64,000 nt of DNA from the NCBI GenBank assembly GCA_000002435.2, contig CM018791.1. One strand, written 5' to 3'. The notes below the pieces were generated by a model. That model made no database searches. It worked only from the letters and a program-made list of their open reading frames with translations, and was not told the origin of the DNA. Both the position numbers and the translations under genes were made by a program. The DNA is from Giardia intestinalis. Taxonomy: Eukaryota. Positions 10,040 to 20,114 of the stretch are shown piece by piece; position 1 is the stretch's first letter; each line of letters opens with the position of its first letter.

Positions 10040-11450
10040 CACCAGTGCTACCAGGTCATGATGACCACTCTACCCACCAGTTATTTTTAAGACTGTGCTA
10101 CTGGAGCCTACCTACAGGCGTAGTCCAGAGACTTCACAAGTAAGTCTCATCCAAGTCATGGCCAGTGTGGAGACAAGGGTTGATCGTTGATGGTATATTA
10201 AGGGAATTTCCCTCCATTTGTATATTAGAGTCTCTTGTATTCCTCGGTCGCTTCATGCGATGTGCGTGTCCAGGGGTGCTCGTGTGTCTGTCCAGGGTTC
10301 AGACCTTTGCAAGGACACACGTTGTCCATTAGTATGCCTCGCTTTTTAATCTGCCGTCTGGTGAACGAGCCTGGGTTGTCACTTCCTTTTCAATAGAAGT
10401 CTCCTCTGTCGCGACGGCTGCTGTCGAGGTCTAGCTTTACTGGCTGGGGTCGTCTCTCGGTGTCCGTCCAGCCGTGGTCCCGGAGGCCGGCGTTCCCTCC
10501 TGTTCGTAGTCCCCCAGGTCAGTGGGTCCAGTCGACAGTTAGAAGCAGGCCGGCAGGAGGAGTTGCCAGGTGGACGCCACAGGGTAGTGAAGGCCAGACA
10601 GAGCGCTCCCGGCGTCGCTGGGCCCCTTGAACTTAATTTACTCTCCACTTCACCGGGGTGGGGTTGTCCCTTGCTACCTGAGCGACCTCCCATGCGAGCT
10701 ACTACCGCCCTGGACAGGTGGATCTCCCGCTTACTCCCAAACAGAGTCCAGAACCCAAAATCCAAACCTAGAATCCGGTGCCGTAATTCCGGCGGAAAAA
10801 GACGCCCTAACGTCCAGCCTTCATCAAACAACAGACCCGCGGCTGCTCCCATGAAAGCGCCACCGAGGAAACCTCATAGAACCCTGAAGCGAAAAGCCAA
10901 GAAGGCACCCAGATGATTTACTCCACCCACCGGTTGCTTCCAGTGGTGTGCTGCTGGGGCCCTCGCCTGCAGGTATGGTCCAGAGATCTCACGGGTAAGC
11001 TCTTGCTCAGTCCCTGACTAGTCCGGAGACGAGGGTTGGTCGTGTATCAATATAGATACCACAGTGGTGGTAGGGAGGAGCTATCTGCGTTCCTCGGCTA
11101 TTCTACAGGAGTACACTCAGACTGGATGTGCACAACGGTTCTTTCAGAGATCAAGCCGTCCTGCAGGCTCGCTGGTCTATTAGGGTGCCTCTCCTTGTTC
11201 TCCCTTCACGGTTGGTGAAGCTCTGGTCTTTGTTGTCATTCTCAATACTGTCCATGTAGATCAGCAGCAGCTATCAGGACTCTCTCCACTGGCTGGGATT
11301 CCACTCGATTGTGTGTCCAGTCTTTGCCCCTTCTCGGTCGTTGTCGACAGGTCCCAGGGGTGGATTCATTCGGTTGTCAGAAGTAGGATGACAGGAGGCG
11401 GTCGCTCTGGGTGGCCAGGCTTTCGGCCCGGTCGCGTCTGATCAGCTCCG
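10040..11450. repeat. diverged tandem direct repeat, period ~850-865 bp (~1.6 units)
   Basis: 10040..10270 aligns with 10905..11135, and 10780..10905 aligns with ~11330..11450, at roughly 70-75% identity. Shared blocks include 'ccacccacc', 'caggcgtagtccagagacttcacaagtaag' versus 'caggtatggtccagagatctcacgggtaag', and 'ttcctcgg'. Confidence 0.6.
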
Positions 11451-13224
11451 TCAGGTGCTCGTTCGCCTCTGCAGCCATGTAGGCGATGGCGAAGGCAGCC
11501 CGGACAGAGGTCCACGTGGAGCTCCTCGAGGTGCCCCTTGGACTGGGGTGGAGGGAGCCGTCCGTCCCATGATGATCGGGAGCGTCCCGTCCCTGTACTT
11601 CTTGACCTTCTCGTTGTAGTAGGCGTCCATCTGGCGGGGCTGGATGACGCCCACGTCCACTGCCTTGCACTTGTCGACGAGCCAGATGTCGGGCTTCTGG
11701 TTCTGATCTGAGGTGGCTGTGGGTCTTGACTTCCAGCTCCGGTTGAGCTTCCCCGAGACGCGGAGGCACAGGCACGTGACGATCATGTCGTGCCTCGTGG
11801 CAGCCCGGGCAGGTGCCTCTTTCTGCGCCATGATCGAGCCGCCCTTCTCCTTCAGAGCCCTTTCCTCCTCGGTCAGCACGCCGCACATCTGCAGACAGTA
11901 CGTCGCCACTCTGTCCGGAAGCTGGTGTGCGCGTGAGGAGGCGGTTGGAGTAGGCCCCTTCCCTTGCAGTGCCTGGCCGTCCACCGACAGCTCCACCGGG
12001 TCTCTGGTCCCCTTGTTGACGTCCAGGGAGGCCCACACCCTCCGCAGCTCGTCGTGGTAGAACCCAGGCATGAGCAGGCCCAGGCCGCCCTTCTCCTTCG
12101 GTACGCCAGGAAGTCGACCAGGCAATCGCAGCTTCTGCTGGTTAGTGCTGAAGCTTTGTGCGACGTCTGTCAGCTCCTCGTAGTCCGCCTTGTCCGAGGT
12201 GATCTCGACCAGGGGGGCGTAGTTCACCATCGGGATCACACAGAGTGACACCAGGATGAGTCTCTGGTGGGTGGTTATGGGTGCTCTCTCGATCTTCCTC
12301 AGGGCAGTCTCAGCACCTGCGATGGCCTTTGGGGCGAGGCTTGCAGGAGTGGGGGACGCCAGGTGGTTGAGGAAGGTCACCTCCTCGCCCGCCATGGTGG
12401 ACTTGCATTGTCGCTCCTGATCGTCAGGCCCATGGCGGCAGCCTCTGCTGTGGCCAGCTGTGTTATCACATCTGCTGGGTGCCCTTCGTCGTGGAGCGCC
12501 ACGATGTCATCGCTAGGCAAGGAAGGTGATGCCCCTCTCCCTGAGGCGTCTCAGGAGGCGCTCGATGGCCATGCAGAAGAGGAACGTGCTGAGCGGGCTG
12601 CCCTGGGGGACGCCGCAGACCTCGCACTTCACGTCCCGGCTGTGCCTCAGGTCGAGGAAGTCCCCGATGTAGTCGACCAGGACCTTCGGGACGCCCGCCT
12701 CGTTCAGGGCTCTGGCGACCTCTGCCCTCGGGAGGGAGTTGAAGGCATTCTTTATGTCGAAGGAGACGGCATGCATCCCCCGCCTGCTGATGAGCTCGTG
12801 GGCCCTCCTCACGCCTACCGCGTACGCGTTCTGCTTGAAGGCGATCTGTTCGCATGAGAGGTAGCTGGCATGCCTGACCAGCCGCTTCGGCAGGACGCAG
12901 TGGAAGATGTTCGTGACCATCCGCCTATCGCGATCGGGGGTATCCATCGGACTCCTTCGGGATGAGGATCGCCCGGAACTCGAACATGGCCGTCGCCTCG
13001 GGGTGGGTGGTCAGCTCGTTGTACGCCTGCGTGAGGTATTTCACGAAGCTGTCGCTCTGCTTCATCGCCTTGAGCTGGACCGACCCGAGGCCAAACACGC
13101 CTGAGGCCTTCTTGTTGAGAGTCCCAACAGGGCCTTCCTCATTTCCTCCTCGGTTGCCGCTCCAGTCCATCGAGTTCATCGATGGAGGGTAGTCAAGGCC
13201 AACGTAGCCTTCGGGAGGACGCAT
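11451..13224 (-). pseudogene. frameshifted reverse-transcriptase ORF of the retroelement
   Basis: The RT motifs are spread over ORFs 12925..13224, 12513..12947 and 11451..12395 in different frames, with motif C in a third frame at ~12470..12500. Confidence 0.75.
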
Positions 13225-13526
13225 GGGTGTAGCGCGCTGAGGGCGGCCTTGGCCTTCTCTGGCTTGTCTACCATGGGTGTGTCATCAAGGGCGCGGAGAG
13301 CCTTAGCAACTGCCCCGAAGCTCAGCGCGTTATTCACCCTGTTTGCTATCCGGCGTCTCGCCTTCTCGGGGTCCGGGTCTGCCTTACTCTGGGACTGCTC
13401 CGTGGTGTTGCTTGAGTCCTCCAGGCCTCCTACCAGGGCGTTCAGGCCCCTGATAGCGGGGAGCGCTACCCCAGTCCCGGCTTGCTCGATGCTCGCGATC
13501 GTGCGCGCACCCTGGTGGATGAGCAT
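11451..13526 (-). mobile_element. degenerate non-LTR retrotransposon remnant (reverse transcriptase plus REL-type endonuclease), GilD/GilM/GilT-like, non-functional
   Basis: Minus-strand fragments in at least four different frames carry RT motif 1 FRAILIPK, motif A FDIKNAFNSL, motif B GVPQGSPLSTFLF, motif C (SDDIVAL, in a shifted frame), the thumb KGGLGLL, and a C-terminal KPDIWLV...AVDVGV (PD-(D/E)xK-like) after a Cys cluster. At least three frameshifts are present. Confidence 0.8.
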
Positions 13527-14025
13527 GGCAGCTGTCCGGTTCGGTATATGGGCCGGAATGATCAGCTTGTCGTCGCCCGGTACTCTGTGTCTGTCGTCGT
13601 TTGCTTCTCTCAGGTGCTCGGTCAGTTGCTTGGCGCTCTCACATGGTAGGCCACAGAGCCAGCGTGTGTGTCCTGCCGAGAGGGCAAACGTCTTCGGAGT
13701 GGTCTCCCAAGTAGAGACTCAAGGCTTGCTGTTTGGGGTCTCGGAAGTACGATCTTGCGTTCATGATGTGGATCGGGTCCTTGCGGGCTCTCCTTCGTTT
13801 CAGGCCCAGCTGTGCACACGCCCGCGGAACAACCGAGGAACGCAGATAGCTCCTCCCGTCCACTACTGTGGTCATTATCATATTCCATAGCCAACCCCCG
13901 TCTTCGGACATCGCCAAAAATTGAGCGGGAATTTACTCGCGAGATTTGCGGACAGCGCCCGCAGGCGAGGGCCCCAGCAGCACACCACTGGAAGCAACCG
14001 GTGGGTGGAGTAAATCATCTGGGTG

Positions 14026-14891
14026 CCTTCTTGGCTTTTCGCTTCAGGGTTCTATGAGGTTTCCTCGGTGGCGCTTTCATGGGAGCAGCCGCGGGTCTGT
14101 TGTTTGATGAAGGCTGGACGTTAGGGCGTCTTTTTCCGCCGGAATTACGGCACCGGATTCTAGGTTTGGATTTTGGGTTCTGGACTCTGTTTGGGAGTAA
14201 GCGGGAGATCCACCTGTCCAGGGCGGTAGTAGCTCGCATGGGAGGTCGCTCAGGTAGCAAGGGACAACCCCACCCCGGTGAAGTGGAGAGTAAATTAAGT
14301 TCAAGGGGCCCAGCGACGCCGGGAGCGCTCTGTCTGGCCTTCACTACCCTGTGGCGTCCACCTGGCAACTCCTCCTGCCGGCCTGCTTCTAACTGTCGAC
14401 TGGACCCACTGACCTGGGGGACTACGAACAGGAGGGAACGCCGGCCTCCGGGACCACGGCTGGACGGACACCGAGAGACGACCCCAGCCAGTAAAGCTAG
14501 ACCTCGACAGCAGCCGTCGCGACAGAGGAGACTTCTATTGAAAAGGAAGTGACAACCCAGGCTCGTTCACCAGACGGCAGATTAAAAAGCGAGGCATACT
14601 AATGGACAACGTGTGTCCTTGCAAAGGTCTGAACCCTGGACAGACACACGAGCACCCCTGGACACGCACATCGCATGAAGCGACCGAGGAATACAAGAGA
14701 CTCTAATATACAAATGGAGGGAAATTCCCTTAATATACCATCAACGATCAACCCTTGTCTCCACACTGGCCATGACTTGGATGAGACTTACTTGTGAAGT
14801 CTCTGGACTACGCCTGTAGGTAGGCTCCAGTAGCACAGTCTTAAAAATAACTGGTGGGTAGAGTGGTCATCATGACCTGGTAGCACTGGTG
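14026..14891. repeat. mirrored copy of tandem-repeat unit U1
   Basis: Reverse complement of 10040..10905 inside the right arm. Confidence 0.6.
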
Positions 14892-15549
14892 TGCTGTTTC
14901 TATGCCTATTGGTGTACCGGTTATGCACGCATATATCACGATGCTATGCAATGTGTCATGTCATCGTGGCTCGTAATGTGTGGCTATGCCTCCTCTTTGA
15001 CCGATGTCGCCTTCCAACATCACGGCCTATCACAGGGCTCGCACATCAGATGGTGACTGCTCTGTCATACGCGATCGCTGTGAGACCGTCGGTCCCGCTG
15101 GCAAGGACCCGGTGGAGGTGACTACCAGGATGCAAGGCACAGTGCGGAACACAAGGCCACGGATCACGCATAGAGACTTGAAAGGACAGGATGATGAGGC
15201 ATCCTGCATCGAATGGGGACGGTGCAAAAGTGGGGGTCAAGAGTCACGGGGAATTGCTTTTTAGCTTCTGCCTTTCGTCTTCGACTTGTGGCCTTAGGCA
15301 TCTATGTGGAGGTTTGCGCATAACTTTTATGGTGCAACCTATAAATCTATAATGATACGATAACTGATGCATCGGCTACCTAAGTAAACGTCATATAGTT
15401 ATTTTGTGTGATGTACTCTATAAATAGATCAGCATTCCTAAAGTAATTGCTATGCTACTGGATTGGTAAGCTCTAGCATTGGATGGCTAGAGGTCAGGTT
15501 ACGAATGGTTCCCCATTCGCATGTACCTAACAATCTGAGCAGAGCCACA

Positions 15550-17649
15550 ATGTTGCTACTAGCTCCCTGCCTTTTGATAAGTGCTCTTGCAGCATCGTGC
15601 AGTGGGCCAACTGCAAGTAAGTGTAAAGATGGTGAGTGTGATATGATTGGCAAAACGGAAGTTTGCACACAGTGTAAAACCGAAACAGACCACCTTATTG
15701 ATGGAGAATGTGTACCAGCAGGGACTGACCAAGCAGCTGCTAAATGCGCTTCCCCTGCTCAAGGAAAGTGTGGCTCTTGCGGCGATGGATACTTCATGTA
15801 CAAGGGCGGATGTTATGAATTTGCTGGCGAATTGGGCGGGCTTATCTGTGCCGACCCAGCAGGAGGGGCGACAGTTGGTAAAGTAACAGGAGTCTGCAAG
15901 GATTGCGTGGAAGGATTCTTTAAGAGTCCAGTGGCAGCCGCTAATAAGCAATCGTGCATCTCCTGTAATGACACGACGGGGGCAGATCAATATCAAGGTG
16001 TAGATCAATGTAAAACATGTAATCCTCCAAGCAATACTGGCCCTGCTACATGCACCGCGTGTGATGAAGGCTATTTCGGCGCAGGCACTACGACCTGCAT
16101 AGCTTGCGGCGACGAGAACTGCGCTACATGTACAGAGGCGACAACCACAAAGAAGTGCAGCAAGTGCAAGGCTACCGGTAAGATGTATTTAAAGAAGGAA
16201 AGCGGTAGTCTAACGGGGATATGTGTAGAAGGAAATCAATGCTCCACCGATTCTACCCTCTACCCAGATGATACCGAGCCTAAGAGTTGCAAGCCGTGCA
16301 CGGCAGGAACGTTTGAGAACTGCAAAACATGCACCAAAAGTGACACCTCCGTTACCTGCACAGCGTGTAAGGCAAATATGGTATTTGGACTCGGAAAGAA
16401 GTCGTGCATTAGTAGCTGCCCTGATAACTCAGAAGCCAAGACCGAGAATACTTGCACGTGCAATGATGGATTTAAGCTTAACGAAGAAGAAACACAATGC
16501 GTGCCAAATGATTCCCCTTCAAATCCATGCAGTACTCAGGATTGTAAGGCATGCAGTGGTGCACAAACAAACAAAGAGATCTGCACCGAATGTCTGTCCA
16601 ACAAGTATCTGACGCCAACAAACCAGTGCATAGACCACTGCGAATATATTCTAGGCTACTACAGTAGCACAGAGGGCAACAAGAGGGTCTGCAAGAAGTG
16701 CGAGGTCGCCAACTGTCTCGCGTGCAGTGAAAATGGCGGGTGCGGTCTCTGTAAGGACGGCTTCTACGGCGAAGCGTGCTCCCCTTGCGATTCCAGCTGT
16801 AAGACATGTAGCGGAAATACTGCCAATGATTGCACAAGCTGTAAGTCTGGAAGCACGCTCACCTACGGATCCACAGGAAACACTGGCACATGTGGGGCCG
16901 AGTGCGCGGCGGGCACAGGCACAGGCAAGTGCAGGGAGTGCGGTCTGACTGTTGAGGGGACAAAATACTGCTCTGTCTGTAGTCAAAACAACGAGTATCC
17001 CCAGAACGGCGTCTGTGCTGTTAAAGCCAGTCGCACAGATAAGTGCAAAGATGGAAGCATTACCGGTGGCGTGTGCAATGTCTGCGCAGACGGCTTCTTC
17101 AAGATGAACGGCGGCTGCTACTCCACCAGCCAGCTTCCGGGGTCGACAGTGTGCTTGAGTGCGCAGAGTACAGGCGGAATCTGCAAGACTCCGGAAGAAG
17201 GATTTAGCCTGACAGGCGAGAGCCTTGTGACTTGCTACACTGGGTGCGCTGAATGCACCACCACTAAGGACTGTTCTAGGTGTATGGACGGATATGTGAA
17301 GGTTGGCAGTGCCTGCACGAAATGCCACGAAAGTTGCTACACCTGCGAAGCCGGTGCTACTACATGCAAGGTATGTGCTCCTGGATATTACAAGGAGAGT
17401 AGCAGTAATGGGCCGTGCAGAAAGTGCTCCGAGGGGCTGGCTGGATGCAGGCAGTGCGCGACACCTGTTAACGGCAAGTTCATATGTTTCGAAACGGATG
17501 ATAATACCGGCGACAATACTGGCGGAAGCACGAACAAGAGCGGGCTCAGCACAGGTGCCATAGCCGGCATCTCCGTCGCAGTCATCGTCGTCGTTGGGGG
17601 TCTCGTTGGCTTCCTCTGCTGGTGGTTCATCTGCAGAGGCAAAGCGTAG
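15550..17649 (+). CDS. vsp: variant-specific surface protein (VSP), 699 aa, copy R
   Basis: Same features as copy L. It differs by three SNPs, two of them nonsynonymous (S/G at 'KATS/GKMY' and E/A at 'ACKE/ANMV'). ATG at 15550. Confidence 0.92.
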   Translation: MLLLAPCLLISALAASCSGPTASKCKDGECDMIGKTEVCTQCKTETDHLIDGECVPAGTDQAAAKCASPAQGKCGSCGDGYFMYKGGCYEFAGELGGLICADPAGGATVGKVTGVCKDCVEGFFKSPVAAANKQSCISCNDTTGADQYQGVDQCKTCNPPSNTGPATCTACDEGYFGAGTTTCIACGDENCATCTEATTTKKCSKCKATGKMYLKKESGSLTGICVEGNQCSTDSTLYPDDTEPKSCKPCTAGTFENCKTCTKSDTSVTCTACKANMVFGLGKKSCISSCPDNSEAKTENTCTCNDGFKLNEEETQCVPNDSPSNPCSTQDCKACSGAQTNKEICTECLSNKYLTPTNQCIDHCEYILGYYSSTEGNKRVCKKCEVANCLACSENGGCGLCKDGFYGEACSPCDSSCKTCSGNTANDCTSCKSGSTLTYGSTGNTGTCGAECAAGTGTGKCRECGLTVEGTKYCSVCSQNNEYPQNGVCAVKASRTDKCKDGSITGGVCNVCADGFFKMNGGCYSTSQLPGSTVCLSAQSTGGICKTPEEGFSLTGESLVTCYTGCAECTTTKDCSRCMDGYVKVGSACTKCHESCYTCEAGATTCKVCAPGYYKESSSNGPCRKCSEGLAGCRQCATPVNGKFICFETDDNTGDNTGGSTNKSGLSTGAIAGISVAVIVVVGGLVGFLCWWFICRGKA

Positions 17650-17661
17650 ATGTACTTAGGT

Positions 17662-17668
17662 AGTAAAC
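17662..17668 (+). terminator. polyadenylation signal AGTAAAC after the VSP stop
   Basis: AGTRAAY consensus, 12 nt after TAG. Confidence 0.7.
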
Positions 17669-20114
17669 GCGTCTACCGCTATGCTCTTACAAGGTCCTAC
17701 CGGAATACAGAGAAGAGTCACCAGTGCTCGTGGCCCTTGACACCCATAGCTATCGTATCCTGTAATCTGTCTGATTGTCTGAGTGACCATCGTGGGGGAC
17801 ACAGCGATCGTGATGTTCGTGAAGTGGCACAGGGCCGGACACGAGAGACGGCGCCGACTCTGGGATGCACACCGCCATCCAGGCAGATTGCTTTTTTGGG
17901 TCCTGGATCCCATCACTATTAGTCTGGCCAGAGTGCGCCATCCTGACAGACGCGTGCCACAGAAAGCCTCTTGTTGCCATCGTCCAGAGACTTGCAGGAT
18001 TGCGGGGCTCAGGCAGCCACTATCCCATGAGCGAGGCTGGCCTCGCCCGGCGCCTCCAGCACTCTGCAGCTCTGCGTCCTGACGACCGCCGTGTGCCGGC
18101 TGACAGCAGTGGGCACTGCACTGCGCAGACACGCAGTCGTCAGCTACTGTTCCGGCTTCCAGCGCCCCTTCTTCTGTGATCACGTCTGCCTGGCTGGGGC
18201 CGTCCCCTCATCCAAAAGCGCCTCCTCGACAGCCTCTCAGGGAGGCACTAAGAACCGCTTGTCCAACCTAAGACATCATAGCGTTCACACTTCAGCTGGA
18301 CAAGTATCGCGGGCCGCCCTCGTTCACTCTCTGGGCTAGGATGCCAGATCTACCCCCAAGGCCCCCGTCTGTCAGCACTCGCTTTCGCAGGCATGCCATA
18401 TATTTGACAGGCCCGTCTCGCGTGGGTGGGGGCACCTTGGTCTGGCTCATCTAAGAGTGGTCCTTCGGTTCGACACGACCCTACATAGCACGTAGCATCT
18501 GCAGAGAACGCCCCCGCCCGATGGCTACGTGTAACCTCGGAAAGGCGCATCCTCTTTCTGCACGACTGGAACCCGTGGTCCTTTCGCTGCCGCCTGTTTG
18601 CAGTTGGGCTGCGTCGGAGAGTTGCATGCAGAAGCCTTCCTCACCCAATCGCAAGCTTGTGCGATCCAGCACGTCTTGCTTAAAGAGACAAGAGATCACC
18701 CTTCCCTTGAAGACAGCCGTGCCGCTATCAAGGCCCGGTTCTTCTCGCCTGGCTCCATGTGCTTGCCGTCCTTAAGCAGGCAGCCCGTGCGCAGAGGGCT
18801 ATGTTCCCCGCATTGTAGGGCACCAGAAGGCGAGGCATCTTCCTTGCGTCGCATGAATCGCACTGGCCGCCCGTCTTTCCGCACAGTATTCAAGGCCGGG
18901 TGCATCGTGGTTGAAGTGCATGCAGTCTTCCTGCGCCACAAAAGGAGGGGTGCAGCATGGTTCGGGGCCGCACTCTGGGGCGTCGCTGTTTCATCCTGGA
19001 GTAGAGCGCGGGCTCCCTCGTCTGTGGAAGTCTGCTGCCATAATAACCTGCGCTCCCGTCTATGCAGCTGCTCCGCCTCGGCTGGCTTCTACCCTCGCCC
19101 CTCTATCTGCGACAGGGCCCTGACCTGATGTCATGCTCAGAGGCAGTGCTTAGTCTGCCTGGGTGTAGCGGGGCCCTCAACCCCGTATTACCATCGCCTG
19201 GGTCCATCCGAGGCGCGGGAGGCTTTGGCGATTTCTATGCTGAGATCCTCGTCCCTAGTGACGGGCTGATCGGGGCCTCTCTGGGCCGGCATGCGCAGCG
19301 ATTCGAGATCTGCAAGGCAGCCATCTATCTCTGTTTGAGTACCAGCTTTGGTCACTCTCAAAGGGGCCGTGACTTGTGAGCATGGGCTCAACATCCTTAC
19401 CAGGGACAGCTGCATAGAAAGCCAAAGAACAAAGAGGCCTTCCTCAGCACGCCTCTGACGTCCTGCACATCTACCTCGTGTTACAATGGCGTACAGTAGC
19501 CACTCATCGCAGCTGTGTTCGCGCTTGGCGGCCTAGGAGGCCCTGTGGTCCACCGGGCAAGCCGCTGGCGAAGAAGCAGTGGATGTCCCTTTGCCACTGC
19601 ACCTAGGGAGCCCTCAAGATGCTTGTTCTGTGACACCCCCGGCTGGCTTGGAGTAGCCTCCGGCACCCGCGGGGAAGGCTGGCTCCAGATGAACCGCGGG
19701 AACCTCGCGCCTTCTAGACACTGTCGCCCTGCTTCGGAGAGGCGCAAGAGCCACAGCTCGGCTGCAACTTGCGCCGGCTCTGTCAGCTGCTATCACGCGC
19801 CTGCACTGTGCGACAAGGCATCTCGCACACGGTGGCCAGAGGGGGCTTCCCAGGCCTGAAGGCCATTTGAATGACGCTATCAGCTCCTGCACAGACTCGA
19901 CGGTCAGGGCGTCAATCCCGCTATGGCCGCCCCTTGAGGACGAGCCCCCGAAGGGTGGCGCCCTGCCACGCCGGATGCCCTGCGATTTACTCGTGCGGGT
20001 CCTGTCATATCTACTAGCAGATCACTATGGCAAAGTACTAAAACTACCCGGTGGATGAAGCAGGTTTTCTCATAGATCTGTCATCAAACAAACAAGTGCA
20101 ACGATATCTTTACA

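Larger units (their letters stand above)
4917..10970. repeat. left arm (6054 bp) of a ~15.1 kb inverted repeat (palindrome)
   Basis: Its reverse complement matches 13961..20014 at ~99.9%. All six-frame ORFs are mirrored with identical translations. The boundary 'tcgtgcgggtcctg|' is shared by both arms at 4917 and 20014. Confidence 0.95.
13961..20014. repeat. right arm (6054 bp) of the inverted repeat
   Basis: Mirror of 4917..10970 under coordinate x' = 24931 - x. Confidence 0.95.

Noticed and set aside
10379-10916. Mirrored 157-aa and 117-aa Arg/Pro-rich ORFs in the inner palindrome arms (also at 14015..14552)
   Set aside because: They overlap each other on opposite strands inside the tandem-repeat region and have low-complexity composition. 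Being mirrored is simply a consequence of the inverted repeat.
12267-12857. 196-aa plus-strand ORF and several other 100-200 aa ORFs across the retroelement region
   Set aside because: They are antisense to, or frame-shifted relative to, the RT motifs, and their composition is GC-driven. They are not independent genes.
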